DNA of 64,000 bases from Rhabdothermincola salaria (GCF_021246445.1 NZ_JAJQXW010000003.1:124001-188000); one strand, 5' to 3'; shown: positions 12,162-24,876, counted from the first letter of the stretch. Made by a program: numbers and translations. The notes: generated by a model not told the origin, from the sequence alone.

Positions 12162-12662
12162 CTAGCCGTCGAGGAGGTCGAAGAGCCCGGCCGGCACGTC
12201 GACGACGACGCGACCGGCAGGCGTGTGCTCGACCACGAAGGTCAGCGGCACCAGGGCCCCCGTGTCGAGCACCAGCAGGTCGCTCGCCGGGTTCTCCTGC
12301 ACGGCCTCGACCCGGCCCCGGGACGTGCCGTCGGCCTCGACGACCTCGGCACCGACGAGCTCGTGCACCCACAGGGCGTCGGGGTCGGTGTCGGCGATGG
12401 ACTCGGCCCGCAGCACGGCACCCACGATGGCATCGGTGTCCTCGCGCCGCGAGAACCCGTCGAACGCCACGATCCAGCGATGGTGGTGCGGGGTGGAGGA
12501 GACCACCACGACCTCACGGTCGCCGGCCACCAGCCGTGCCCCCTCGGCCACCCGCGCCTTCTCGGTGGTCGTCAGCGTGACGACCACCTCACCGCGCAGG
12601 CCATGGGGCTTGTCGACCTTGCCCACCTCGAGGAGGGTCATCGGGCCGCTCGCCTCAGTCAA
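12162..12662 (-). CDS. rimM: 16S rRNA processing protein RimM (start may be ATG ~12641)
   Basis: [32 protein letters not shown]; operon context. Confidence 0.92.
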   Translation of the reverse strand: MTEASGPMTLLEVGKVDKPHGLRGEVVVTLTTTEKARVAEGARLVAGDREVVVVSSTPHHHRWIVAFDGFSRREDTDAIVGAVLRAESIADTDPDALWVHELVGAEVVEADGTSRGRVEAVQENPASDLLVLDTGALVPLTFVVEHTPAGRVVVDVPAGLFDLLDG

Positions 12663-12954
12663 CGAACTCCACGTCGAGCTCGAGGCCGTCGCGGACGGCA
12701 GCCGCGCGCACGACGGTGCGGATCGACTGCGCGACCCGGCCCCGCTTGCCGATGACCCGGCCCATGTCGCCGTCGCCGACGTGCACGTTCAGCGCGGGGC
12801 GCCGGCCACGGTCGTCGAGCTCGACGGAGACGGCGTCGGGGTCCTCGACCAGCGCCTTGACGACGTACTCGAGCACCGTGCGGGCGGTGGTGGCGTCGAC
12901 CGCGCCGTCGTCGGCTCCGGACTCGGTGGTGTCGGTGGTGTCGGCCTCGCTCAC
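12655..12954 (-). CDS. khpA: KH-domain RNA-binding protein KhpA
   Basis: DMGRVIGKRGRVAQSIRTVV; lies between rpsP and rimM. Confidence 0.92.
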   Translation of the reverse strand: MSEADTTDTTESGADDGAVDATTARTVLEYVVKALVEDPDAVSVELDDRGRRPALNVHVGDGDMGRVIGKRGRVAQSIRTVVRAAAVRDGLELDVEFVD

Positions 12955-13214
12955 GACGCGGTGCCGGCGAAGTCGTCCATCGCCCCGGAGATCTTGAGGA
13001 GCTTGGCCACGGCCTCGGTGGGCTGGGCGCCCTTCTTCAGCCAGGCGACGGCCTTGTCGTTGTCGACGGTGATGGCCGACGGCTCCCGGCGGGGGTCGTA
13101 GTGACCCAGGATCTCGATGAACCGGCCGTTGCGAGGTGACCGCGCATCAGCGGCCACGATGCGATACGTCGGCTGCTTGGTCTTTCCCATCCGCATGAGG
13201 CGGAGCTTTACCAC
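12951..13214 (-). CDS. rpsP: 30S ribosomal protein S16 (short form)
   Basis: VKLRLMRMGKTKQPTYRIVAADARSPRNGRFIEILGHYDP...WLKKGAQPT. Confidence 0.98.
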   Translation of the reverse strand: MVKLRLMRMGKTKQPTYRIVAADARSPRNGRFIEILGHYDPRREPSAITVDNDKAVAWLKKGAQPTEAVAKLLKISGAMDDFAGTAS

Positions 13215-13299
13215 GGCGTTCTTCTCTCTACTCGTTGTCGTCGACGGCGACGGGGTACCCGGCGCACGGTGCCCGGGCACGGCGCACAGGAGACGGACA

Positions 13300-13329
13300 A
13301 TGGTGTGGCACGCGCCCGGTGCGGGGCAA
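13300..13329 (-). promoter_or_regulatory. Putative promoter of the rpsP operon (TTGCCC-N18-CACCAT)
   Basis: Motif and spacing in the ffh-rpsP intergenic region. Confidence 0.4.
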
Positions 13330-13353
13330 GTCCGTCGGCCGAGACTAGCTGGA

Positions 13354-14876
<1,523 letters not shown>

Positions 14877-14877
<1 letters not shown>

Positions 14878-15419
14878 CAGGCGTCGCCGCTGGTGTCGGA
14901 GGCATCGTCGCCGGCGGTCTCGCCGAGCACGTGGGAGACCTCGGCGTCGAGGGCGGCGGTCTCCGGGTCGAGCTCGGTGTCGCCGGCCTCGACCTCGTCG
15001 ACGGTGACCGTCTCGGTGACCACGGTGCCGTCGGCGGTCTCCTCGGTGACGACGACGTCGTCGATCACCATGGTGCCGTCGGCGGTCTCGGCGACCACGA
15101 CGGTCTCGTCGACGCTGACCGAGCCGACCTGGTCGGAGCGGTCGCGGGACGGGCTCCACGCCGACCCGGAGGCGTCGTCGCCCGACGGCGTCGAGGGCCC
15201 GAGCCGCCGGCCGATGGCGATGCCGCCGGCGACACCCAGGGCCAACACCACGAGGGCCTTCAGCCCGAGGGCCCGACCGGCGACGACGCTGCCCTTCACG
15301 GGCAGCGCGCCGGCCTTGTAGCCGGTCTTGAAGGTGAAGCCCACGGTGGCCAGCACCAGCTTCACGGGGAGCACGACCAGACGGACGAGCACCTTGACGG
15401 GGACGGTGATGAGCTTCAC
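14877..15419 (-). CDS. Hypothetical membrane-associated protein coupled between ftsY and ffh
   Basis: GTGA overlap with the ftsY stop and TGATG overlap with the ffh start; basic/hydrophobic N-half, acidic repeat C-half; GC3-rich codons. Confidence 0.8.
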
Positions 15420-16615
15420 GAGAACAGTGCCTCCACGAATTCGTCGGCATCGAAGGGAACCAGGTCGTCGGCACCCTCACCGAGACCCACCAGCTTGACC
15501 GGGATTCCTAGCTGTGTCTGGATGGCCACGACGATCCCGCCCTTGGCCGAGCCGTCGAGCTTGGTGAGGACCACGCCGGTGACCTCGACGGCCTCGGTGA
15601 ACTGGCTGGCCTGCACCAACCCGTTCTGGCCGGTCGTGGCGTCGAGCACCAGCAACACCTCGGTCACGGTACCGGCACCCTTGTCGGACACCCGACGGAC
15701 CTTGCGCAGCTCGTCCATGAGGTTGACCTTGGTGTGCAACCGTCCGGCGGTGTCGGCCAGCACCAGGTCGGCGTCTCGGGCGGCGGCGGCCTCGACGGCG
15801 TCGAAGATGACGGCGCTGGGGTCGCCCCCCTCGCTGCCTCGGACCAGGTGGGCGCCCGAGCGTTCGGCCCACATGCCGAGCTGCTCGGCCGCCGCGGCCC
15901 GGAAGGTGTCGCCGGCGGCCATGACCACGCTGTGGCCGGCGTCGGCCTCGCGCTTGCCCAGCTTGCCGATGGTGGTGGTCTTGCCCACCCCGTTCACCCC
16001 GACGAAGAGCCACACGGTGGGGCCGGCGCCGTCGGCGAGGGCCAGATCGAGCTCGAACCCGCCGAGGCGGGCCTTCAGCTCGGCCTTGAGGGCCTCGAGG
16101 AGCTGGGCGCCGTCGGTGAGGCCTTGGGCCTTCACCTGGGTCCGCAGGTGGTCGAGGAGATCCTGGGTGGCCTCGACGCCCACGTCGGCGCGGATGAGGG
16201 CCTCCTCGAGCTCGTCCCAGGTGTCCTCGTCGATCTTGGTGCGACCGGTGAGCGACCCGACGTAGCCCGAGAGCAGGCCCCGGGCCTTGCCCAGCCGGTC
16301 GCGGAAGCGGGGCCGGACGACCTCGGGCGGTTCGACGAGCGCGGCCGCCGCAGCTGCCTCGGCCTCGGCGATGACGGCCGCTTCGTCCTCGGTGACGGTG
16401 TCCGGTGCCGGGGGTTCGTCGACCACCGGCCCGGCCGAGTCGGTCGGGGGCTCCTCGACCAGCGTGCCGGTCGCCGCCTCGGGCGGCACGGCCCGCCGTG
16501 GCGGCGGCTCTTCGAGGGTGGACTGATCGCGGCGCCGGCTCCGCACGAGGGCGAAGCCGGTACCGAACAGCACGCCGAGGACGGCGATGGCGACGAGGAT
16601 GACGACGAGTTCCAT
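15416..16615 (-). CDS. ftsY: SRP receptor FtsY with N-terminal transmembrane helix
   Basis: GVNGVGKTTTIGKL, GDTFRAAA, DTAGRLHT, TKLDGSAKGG. Confidence 0.98.
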   Translation of the reverse strand: MELVVILVAIAVLGVLFGTGFALVRSRRRDQSTLEEPPPRRAVPPEAATGTLVEEPPTDSAGPVVDEPPAPDTVTEDEAAVIAEAEAAAAAALVEPPEVVRPRFRDRLGKARGLLSGYVGSLTGRTKIDEDTWDELEEALIRADVGVEATQDLLDHLRTQVKAQGLTDGAQLLEALKAELKARLGGFELDLALADGAGPTVWLFVGVNGVGKTTTIGKLGKREADAGHSVVMAAGDTFRAAAAEQLGMWAERSGAHLVRGSEGGDPSAVIFDAVEAAAARDADLVLADTAGRLHTKVNLMDELRKVRRVSDKGAGTVTEVLLVLDATTGQNGLVQASQFTEAVEVTGVVLTKLDGSAKGGIVVAIQTQLGIPVKLVGLGEGADDLVPFDADEFVEALFS

Positions 16616-16634
16616 GACCGGGCCAGCCTACTGA

Positions 16635-16660
16635 CGGCCCGCGGGACCCGACGCGGGCCG
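16635..16660. terminator. GC-rich hairpin (CGGCCCGCG/CGCGGGCCG) just downstream of htrA
   Basis: 9-bp inverted repeat; no U-tract. Confidence 0.35.
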
Positions 16661-16686
16661 GGTCGGCCCCGGACCCGTCGCCGGGG

Positions 16687-18051
16687 TCAGCCCCCGAGCG
16701 TCCCGAGGGTGACGTCGACGGTGAGGGTCTCGCCCCCACGCTCGAGGGTCACGGTCACCTCGTCACCGGGGGTGTAGGCGCTGATGACGCCCCGGAGCTG
16801 GTCGAACGACCGGATCTCCTCGTCGTCGACGGCGACGATGTTGTCGTCGGCCCGGATCCCGGCGGCCTCGGCCGGGCCACCCGGGGTGACGCTCTGCACG
16901 TAGGCCCCGGCATCGCCCGACGGGGTGGCGCTGGGCCCGGTGAGGCCCAGACCGGCCTTGGCCGTCGACTCGCCGGCGACGATCTTGGCGGCGACGTCGA
17001 GGACCGTGTCGACGGGGATGGCGAAGCCGATCCCGTTGTTCTCGCCGGACTGGCTGAAGATGGCGGTGTTGATGCCGATCAGGGCTCCGTTGCGGTCGAC
17101 CAGCGCCCCGCCGGAGTTGCCCGGGTTGATGGACGCATCGGTCTGGATCATGTTCACGGCGATGCCCATGTTGTTGTCGACGGGGCGGTCGACGGCGGAC
17201 ACGATCCCGGCGGTCACCGTCTGGTCGAGGCCGAACGGGCTGCCGAGCGCCACCGCGGACTGGCCGACCACCGGCTCGGTCTCGGCGATGGCGACGGCGG
17301 GCAGGTCGTCGGCGTTCACCCGGACCACCGCGACGTCGGTCCCGGTGTCGGCACCCAGCACCCGGCCCTCGAGCGCTCGGCCGTCGGCGGCGCGCACGGT
17401 GACGGTGGAGGCGGAACCGACGACGTGGGCGTTGGTGAGGATCAGCCCGTCGCGGTAGACCACCCCGGAGCCGAGGCCGTTGCTCGGCTCGATCTGCACG
17501 ACCGAGGGCCCCACTGCGGCGGCGACCGCAGCGAGCGGCTCGACGTCGGGATCGATGGTGACGTCGGGGACGGTGGCCACGGGAGCCGGGTTGCGCACCA
17601 CCGGTGTGGCGGCGTCGTCCTCGGTGAGGGCCGCCACCCCGACGCCGGCGAGCACGAGGACGCCCGCACCGAGGGTGGCCCCGACGGCCCGAGCCAGCCG
17701 ACGCGGACGGCGCGGCGGGGTGGGTTCACCCGGTGCCGGCCACGTGGTCGGCGGGTGGGGCGGCGGTGGGGGTGGCGGGATGGCGCCGTAGGCCGACGCC
17801 GCATCGGCGGGGCCCGCCGGCGGCGCCGGCTCGGACCAGGGCGGCAGCACGACACGAGTGGGTTCGACGTTCGTCGGCCACGCGGGGTTGGGCGGCGCCG
17901 GAGGTCCTTCAGCCGAAGGGCCCCGACCGGCCGGCTCGCCACCCGCAGGCTCCTCCAACGTGGGGGCGCTGCTCGGATCGCTCCCTGGGAAGGGCGAGCC
18001 GGGGCCCGGGGCGACGGGAGGCTCGGTAGGGGGGTTCTGGTCCCAGGTCAT
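16687..18051 (-). CDS. htrA: HtrA/DegP-type serine protease with Pro-rich N-terminus, TM helix and one PDZ domain
   Basis: GSGVV, LTNAHVV, DVAVV, IQTDASINPGNSGGAL, PDZ segment VTPGGPAEAAGI; GGAG-like RBS upstream of ATG 18051. Confidence 0.93.
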   Translation of the reverse strand: MTWDQNPPTEPPVAPGPGSPFPGSDPSSAPTLEEPAGGEPAGRGPSAEGPPAPPNPAWPTNVEPTRVVLPPWSEPAPPAGPADAASAYGAIPPPPPPPHPPTTWPAPGEPTPPRRPRRLARAVGATLGAGVLVLAGVGVAALTEDDAATPVVRNPAPVATVPDVTIDPDVEPLAAVAAAVGPSVVQIEPSNGLGSGVVYRDGLILTNAHVVGSASTVTVRAADGRALEGRVLGADTGTDVAVVRVNADDLPAVAIAETEPVVGQSAVALGSPFGLDQTVTAGIVSAVDRPVDNNMGIAVNMIQTDASINPGNSGGALVDRNGALIGINTAIFSQSGENNGIGFAIPVDTVLDVAAKIVAGESTAKAGLGLTGPSATPSGDAGAYVQSVTPGGPAEAAGIRADDNIVAVDDEEIRSFDQLRGVISAYTPGDEVTVTLERGGETLTVDVTLGTLGG

Positions 18052-18120
18052 CGGAGGTGCTCCTCGGGTTCGCAGGGGATGCGAGGGGTCGGACAGCGGC
18101 ACGCTTGCGCCGGCAAGGAC

Positions 18121-18176
18121 AACCTACGGAGCCCTCCGCAAAGCCCGGCGAAAGCCGGGCGAAGGATGGGTGAAAG
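18121..18176 (-). promoter_or_regulatory. htrA promoter: four 11-bp-phased direct repeats followed by -10-like TAGGTT; likely OmpR-family binding site
   Basis: Minus-strand units CTTTCACC (18169-76), CCTTCGCC (18158-65), CTTTCGCC (18147-54), CTTTGCGG (18136-43); TAGGTT at 18121-26. Confidence 0.65.
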
Positions 18177-18194
18177 TGGTGGGTGAGCGCGAGG

Positions 18195-19481
18195 TCAGAC
18201 CCCGGGGATGGGCGTCGGCGTCGAGAGCGCCGGCAGCCACAGGGCGAAGGCCGCGCCGGCGCCTGGCTCCGACGCCAGCTTCACCTCGCCGCCGTGGGCC
18301 TCGGCGGTCTGGCGCACGATCGTGAGCCCCAGCCCGCTGCGACCCTGCTCCCGCCCCTCCTTGGGGTCCCCCCGCCAGAAGCGCTGGAAGACCCGGTCGT
18401 GGTCAGCGGGATCGATGCCGGGTCCCTCGTCCTCCACCGACAGCCACACCCATGGCCCCTCCCGACCGGCCCGCACCCGGATGGTGGAGCCCACCGGCGA
18501 GTGGCGCACGGCGTTGGCCAGCAGGTTGGCCAACGCCTGGCGCAGGGCCAGGCGGTCGCCGAGCACCCACAGCCCGGGGTCGGCGCTCTGGGCCAGGTGC
18601 AGCCCGCGAGACTGGGCGAAGGCCTCGAACTCGTCCGAGGCATCGGCCACGAGCAGCCCGGCATCGACCGGCTCCCGTTCGAGTGACAGGGTGCCCTTGC
18701 GGGCGTACACCAACAGATCGTCGACCAGGCGCGACATCCGCTCGGTCGAGCGCTCGACGACCTCGGCGGTGCGCCGCAGGTCGTCGGCCCCGGCATCGGG
18801 GTCGGCCAGGGTCACCTCGAGGTTCGTGCGGATGACCGCGAGCGGATTTCGCAGCTCGTGGCTGGCCTCGTGGATGAACTGTCGTTGCCCCTCGAAGGCG
18901 TCGTCGATGCGTCCGAGCATCTCGTCGAAGGTGTCGGCCAGTCGCCTGAGCTCGTCGTCGGGCCCACCGAGGTCGATGCGACGGGACAGGTCGCTGGCCT
19001 GGATCTCACGGACGGTCGCGGTGATCTGGCCGATGGGGCGCAGCATGCGCCCGCTCACCAGCCAGCCGACCGCCAGGCTCACGAAGAAGAGACCGAGCAG
19101 GGCCCCGAAGGACCAGACCCGCAGCGTCTCCAGAGCGCGCTCGTAGGCCCGGTTCTCGATGAGGGCCACCTCGTCGAGGCGCAGCAGGGGCGGCCGGCCG
19201 GGAAGCTCGAAGATGGTGCCCACGGTCTGGTTCTCGAGCGTGTAGCGCAGGCCCATGTAGATCGACGCGACCACCAGTGCGGCCAGCCCGAACACGACGG
19301 TGGAGTACACGAGCGTGAGCCGGAATCGGACCGAGCCGGCCCAGGGCGGCAGCCGGTCGGCCAGGCGCACGCCACGCGAGTGGAGCCGGGTGCGGACCTC
19401 GACCTGCGGGTGCTCGCCGGTGACCGGCGGGGTCGAGGCCGCCGGAGGGGTGCCCGGCGGGGGGCCCACCGACGTGCTCAT
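18195..19481 (-). CDS. HAMP-domain sensor histidine kinase, CutS-like
   Basis: Two TM helices, HAMP (ELRRLADTFDEML), H-box EASHELRNPL, N-box NLLANAVRH, DEGPGI, GSGLGL-type G2 box. Confidence 0.92.
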   Translation of the reverse strand: MSTSVGPPPGTPPAASTPPVTGEHPQVEVRTRLHSRGVRLADRLPPWAGSVRFRLTLVYSTVVFGLAALVVASIYMGLRYTLENQTVGTIFELPGRPPLLRLDEVALIENRAYERALETLRVWSFGALLGLFFVSLAVGWLVSGRMLRPIGQITATVREIQASDLSRRIDLGGPDDELRRLADTFDEMLGRIDDAFEGQRQFIHEASHELRNPLAVIRTNLEVTLADPDAGADDLRRTAEVVERSTERMSRLVDDLLVYARKGTLSLEREPVDAGLLVADASDEFEAFAQSRGLHLAQSADPGLWVLGDRLALRQALANLLANAVRHSPVGSTIRVRAGREGPWVWLSVEDEGPGIDPADHDRVFQRFWRGDPKEGREQGRSGLGLTIVRQTAEAHGGEVKLASEPGAGAAFALWLPALSTPTPIPGV

Positions 19482-20161
19482 CCGTCGGCTTCCAACAGGC
19501 GGTAGCCGCGCCCGATCACGGTCTCGATGGCCGACGGCTCACCGTCCGCCATGAGCTTGCGGCGCAGGGTCCCCACCGTGACCCGCACCGTGTTGGTGAA
19601 CGGGTCGGCATGCTCGTCCCACACGTGCTCGAGCAGCACCTCCTGGGACAGCACCTCCCCGGGCCGGCTCATGAAGTAGCGCAGCAGGGCGAACTCCTTG
19701 GCCGTGAGATCGAGGCGACGATCGCCCCGACGCGCCTCGTGCCGGGCGTCGTCGAGGAAGAGGTCGCGCACCGTGAAGACCGACGACGAGGCGGGGCTGT
19801 CGCGGCGCAGCAACGACCTCACCCTCGCGGTGAGCTCGGGGAAGGCGAAGGGCTTCACCAGGTAGTCGTCGGCGCCGTCGTCGAGCCCGGCGACGCGGTC
19901 CTCGAGGCTGTCGCGCGCCGTCAGCATCAGGACCCGGGGTTGGGGGTCGAGCGGCTCGGCCCGCAGCCGGCGACAGACCTCCCGACCGTCGGTGCCCGGC
20001 ATGGTGAGGTCGAGGCAGACGAGGTCGTAGCCGTTCACCATGGCCTTGGCCAGGGCGTCCTCGCCGTCGTGGGCGACGTCGACCGCGTAGCCCTCGCGAC
20101 GCAGACCCCGCGCCACGGCCTCGGCCAGCTCCACCTCGTCGTCGACCACCAGGATTCGCAC
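19478..20161 (-). CDS. OmpR-family response regulator, CutR-like
   Basis: RILVVDDE, LDLTMP, GADDYLVKPF, WDEHADPFTNTVRVTVGTLRRKL; GTG 7 nt after TACCGT. Confidence 0.93.
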   Translation of the reverse strand: MRILVVDDEVELAEAVARGLRREGYAVDVAHDGEDALAKAMVNGYDLVCLDLTMPGTDGREVCRRLRAEPLDPQPRVLMLTARDSLEDRVAGLDDGADDYLVKPFAFPELTARVRSLLRRDSPASSSVFTVRDLFLDDARHEARRGDRRLDLTAKEFALLRYFMSRPGEVLSQEVLLEHVWDEHADPFTNTVRVTVGTLRRKLMADGEPSAIETVIGRGYRLLEADG

Positions 20162-20235
20162 GCCGCCAACGGTAGAGCCCCGGGGGACCGGCGCGACCTC
20201 ATGGTCGCCCCCATGCCCTCCGGCGGCACGAGGCC

Positions 20236-20254
20236 CTTTACGGTGGCCTTCACG
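20236..20254 (+). promoter_or_regulatory. Two 11-bp-phased repeats (CTTTACGG, CCTTCACG) upstream of moxR, resembling the htrA-promoter motif
   Basis: Units at 20236-43 and 20247-54, in the same orientation relative to the downstream gene as at htrA. Confidence 0.5.
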
Positions 20255-20275
20255 GGCCCGTGATCCTCTCCCCCG

Positions 20276-21345
<1,070 letters not shown>

Positions 21346-21349
<4 letters not shown>

Positions 21350-22401
21350 ACCGCCCCCTCCCCTCCGGGCCGCCGTCGACCGCTCCACCTCTCGAGGATC
21401 GCCCCCTGATGGTCGGAGGCGGACGCACCCCGGATGCCCCGTCCATCGCCACCACCCCGGCCTCGGAGGTCCTGCGCCGTCTCGAGCTGGCCGTGACCCG
21501 CCGCCTCGACGGGCTGCTCCAGGGCGACCACCGAGGCCTCACACCCGGCCACGGCACCGAGCAGGGCGAGGTGCGCGGCTACCAGCCCGGCGACGACGTG
21601 CGCCGCATCGACTGGAACGTCACCGCCCGCCTCCGCGAGACCCACGTGCGCGACACCGTCGCCGACCGCGAGCTCGAGACCTGGGTGCTGGTCGACACCT
21701 CGGCCAGCCTGGCGTTCGGCTCGGCCCGGGCCGAGAAGCGCGACCTGGCCCTGGCCGCCGTCGCCGCCGTCGGGTTCCTCACCCTGCGCACCGGCAACCG
21801 CATCGGCGCCGTCACCACCGACGGCGCCGGGACCCACGTCACGGTGCCCGCCCGGGGCGGACGGGTGCACGGTCAGGCCCTCCTGCGCCAGGTCCTGGGC
21901 GCGTTCGGACAGCCCCGGCCCGGGGCCGCCGACCTGGGCCCGGCGATGCGACGCCTGGGCGGTCTGGCCCGCCGTCGGGGACTGGTCGTCGTCGTCTCCG
22001 ACTTCCTCGACCCAGGCGAGTGGACGGCCCCGTTGCGCTCGCTGGCCATGCGCCACGACGTCCTCGGGATCGAGATCGTCGACCCGTTGGAGGTCGAGCT
22101 CCCCGACGCGGGATCGGTCCACCTGGTCGACCCCGAGACCGGCGCCGAGCTCGAGGTGCGCACCGACCCCGCCCTGCGCGCCCGCTACGCGGACGCGGCG
22201 CGGTCCCAACGCGCCGACATCGCCCGCCGGCTGCGCACCGCCGGTGCCGACCACCTGCAGCTGCGCACCGATCGGGACTGGCTGCTCGACCTGGCCCGGT
22301 TCGTGTCGCACCGCCGCGACCGGGTCGACGCCCTGTCGCGCGCCGCCGCCCACGGCCACGACGCCACCACGTCCGCCCGCCTCCACGGAGCCTCCCGATG
22401 A
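21346..22401 (+). CDS. DUF58 domain protein
   Basis: EVRGYQPGDDVRRIDWNVTAR, VDTSASL.FG, VVVSDF; GTGA overlap with moxR (start uncertain). Confidence 0.9.
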
Positions 22402-23366
22402 GCCTGCTCGCCGTCGGGTTCCTCGACCCCGTCCGCCTCTGGCTCCTCCTGGGCGTGGTCGCCCTCGTCGGTGTGTACGTGGCCGTGCAACGCCGACGCC
22501 AGGCCTACGCCCTGCGCTTCACCAACCTCGATCTGCTGGCCTCGGTGGCCCCTCGCAGGCCCGGCTGGCGCCGCCACGTGGCCGCCGCCGTCTACCTGCT
22601 GGCCCTGACCACCCTGGTGCTCGGCTTCGCTCGCCCCACCCTCGACACGAGGGTCCCGCGCGAGCGGGCCACGGTGATGCTGGCCATCGACACCTCGCTG
22701 TCGATGGAGGCCACCGACGTGTCGCCGTCACGGATCGACGCGGCCAAGACCGCCGCCGTCTCCTTCCTCGACCAGGTGCCCGACACCGTCAACGTGGGCC
22801 TGGTCAGCTTCAACGCGGCCGCCACCGTGCAGGTCCCCCCGACCACCGATCGCGTCGCCGTCCGAGACGCCATTCAAGCCCTCGAGCTCGACGAACGCAC
22901 CGCCATCGGCGAGGCCATCTTCGCCAGCCTCGGCGCCCTCGACACCGTGCCCCCGGCCGAGGACGGCACCGAGGTGCCCGCCGCCATCGTGGTCATGTCC
23001 GACGGCACCACGACCAGCGGTCGGCCCGACGGCGCCGGAGCGGCGGCTGCCATCGACCAGGGCGTGCCCGTGTCGACCATCGCGTTCGGCACCGACCGAG
23101 GGTTCATCCAGATCCCCGGTGAAGCCGGGTTCGTGCCCGTGCCGGTCGACACGGCGGCGCTGTCCGCCATCGCGGAGGCCACCGGTGGCCGGTTCTACGA
23201 AGCGACCAGCGAAGGTGAGCTGCGCGACGTGTACGCCACCATCGGCTCGTCGGTCGGCTACACGACCGAGGAGACCGAGGTGACCTCGTGGTTCGTCGGC
23301 GCCGCCCTCGTCGCCCTCTTCGCCGCCGGCGGCGTCAGCCTCGCCTGGTTCTCCCGCCTGCCGTGA
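22398..23366 (+). CDS. BatA-like membrane VWA domain protein
   Basis: N-terminal TM segments, MIDAS motif DTSLSM, TAIGEAI, VMSDG, C-terminal TM; ATGA overlap. Confidence 0.92.
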   Translation: MSLLAVGFLDPVRLWLLLGVVALVGVYVAVQRRRQAYALRFTNLDLLASVAPRRPGWRRHVAAAVYLLALTTLVLGFARPTLDTRVPRERATVMLAIDTSLSMEATDVSPSRIDAAKTAAVSFLDQVPDTVNVGLVSFNAAATVQVPPTTDRVAVRDAIQALELDERTAIGEAIFASLGALDTVPPAEDGTEVPAAIVVMSDGTTTSGRPDGAGAAAAIDQGVPVSTIAFGTDRGFIQIPGEAGFVPVPVDTAALSAIAEATGGRFYEATSEGELRDVYATIGSSVGYTTEETEVTSWFVGAALVALFAAGGVSLAWFSRLP

Positions 23367-23636
23367 CCGTGGCGACTTCGAGCGCCGCGGTGCCGCTCGG
23401 TCGCCGTGGCTGTCCGACTCCGCCCGACAGCACCCGGATCGGGCTCCTCCTGCGCTCGCGAGCCAGAACGACCCCGCCCCTGACCGGCACCTCGGTGGCG
23501 GTACCCGCCGGAGCGCGGCTGGCGGGATCGGTGCTGGCCGCCGGAATCGGGTCGGGATGAATCGGCAGTTCCGCTCGGACTCGAGACCAGAGGGCAGCGA
23601 ACCGCGGGTCGGGCCTGGCCGTGTCCTCGCCCGATT

Positions 23637-23695
23637 TGCCCACGTCGTAGCGACAACCTCGGCGGTAACTCCACGTTGTCGCTACGACGTGGGCA
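23637..23695. repeat. Perfect 21-bp inverted repeat with 17-nt loop, followed by TTTT on + (terminator or REP-like element)
   Basis: TGCCCACGTCGTAGCGACAAC (23637-57) / GTTGTCGCTACGACGTGGGCA (23675-95). Confidence 0.85.
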
Positions 23696-23772
23696 TTTTC
23701 ACCCTCGGTGCCCCCGATCGCCGCAGCACTCCGCTGCCGTACGTCTCCGAACGCCGGCCGCAGGACCTGGGC

Positions 23773-24876
23773 TCAGGACGGCGCGGTTGACTCCCAGGTC
23801 GCGTAGTCGACGCGTTCAAGCGTGTTCGCAAAGTCGACGAGTGCATCCGGTGAGAGGCCGGTTGCGGTAGCGCTGATGAGGGTGTCGCCTTCCTGCCACT
23901 GCAGCACCCAGTCGGGGTTGACCAAGTAAGACACCGGGCCAGGAAGTGATCCACCAGCGATGACGAACGCCCGAGGTGAGAGCACGGCCTCGGTGCCCCG
24001 AACGTCGACGAGTCGCGCCTCGGGGAAGTACAGGTTCATCTTGGGTTGGTACTCGCTGTGCTCCGCGAGGAAGAGGCCGAATCCTCGTGACCCGTCGCCG
24101 TAGGCGACCCGCCGCACTGCTCCTCCGAGGCTGATGCTCGAGTCGCCGTCGTAGACCAGCTCGAAACCGGCAGGCGCCTCCTCGAACGACGGTCCCTCTT
24201 CCGTGACCGCGAGTTGATCCGCGAGTTCCACGAGCTGTGTCGCGTTCAACTGCTGGGAACTCAGAACGACGAAACCAACGCTCGGCTCTTCCCACACCAG
24301 GGCGCCCAGGTTGACGAGGTACTCGCCGTCGAAGTCGCCTACGGCGACGGCTCCTTCCTCTTCGAGCGTCGAGGACCACTCCGCCACGAACGAAGGCGAG
24401 GCACCCCACTGCAGGTCGAAGACAGCTTCTGGTGCCCGGCCGGTGTCGTCGAAGAGCACCCATCGCTGGGATCGGGCGGTTCCGTCACCTGAGATCGACT
24501 CGCCGCCCTCATCCAACGGGCCAGCGCGCAACACCAACGGGAGCCCCTGGGGTGGCGGATCGGCCAGCAGGTACAACCCGGCTTCGGCCCCGCCCTCGAT
24601 CTGCGGGATCGTTGCGAAAGGAGCCACCGGGGTGGAGGGAGGGGCGGCCGGAGGGTCGCTGGTCATCACTGTGGCCGACTGATCGCCACCGACCGCCAGG
24701 GCGGCCAGACCGACAGCGGCCACGAGGAGAACACCGAGGACGGTGACAGGCGCAGCCCGGCGGACCCGGCGGAGGCGGCGCCCCCGACGCACCACGCTGG
24801 CCCATGTCGGCTCGTCGACGAGCGGAACATCACCAAGACCCTGTTCCAGCTCTACGCGGAACTCATCGACCTTCAT
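23773..24876 (-). CDS. Putative membrane anti-sigma factor with extracytoplasmic domains
   Basis: Short cytoplasmic N-terminus, VVRRGRRLRR basic patch, one TM helix, large acidic C-region; overlaps the ECF sigma 3' end; GGAGG 6 nt before the ATG. Confidence 0.7.
   Translation of the reverse strand: MKVDEFRVELEQGLGDVPLVDEPTWASVVRRGRRLRRVRRAAPVTVLGVLLVAAVGLAALAVGGDQSATVMTSDPPAAPPSTPVAPFATIPQIEGGAEAGLYLLADPPPQGLPLVLRAGPLDEGGESISGDGTARSQRWVLFDDTGRAPEAVFDLQWGASPSFVAEWSSTLEEEGAVAVGDFDGEYLVNLGALVWEEPSVGFVVLSSQQLNATQLVELADQLAVTEEGPSFEEAPAGFELVYDGDSSISLGGAVRRVAYGDGSRGFGLFLAEHSEYQPKMNLYFPEARLVDVRGTEAVLSPRAFVIAGGSLPGPVSYLVNPDWVLQWQEGDTLISATATGLSPDALVDFANTLERVDYATWESTAPS

Noticed and set aside
10885..12372. 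Apparent 495-aa ORF ending in L19; similar 5' extensions on ffh, coaD, map, galK, the response regulator and the RND gene
   Set aside because: The extensions are out-of-frame read-through of neighbouring genes; true starts are marked by homology, RBS or -10 elements.
23367..23772. Short ORFs in the gap after the VWA gene (e.g. 23335-23643, 23557-23790)
   Set aside because: Low-complexity Arg/Pro/Ala translations without codon bias or start signals.
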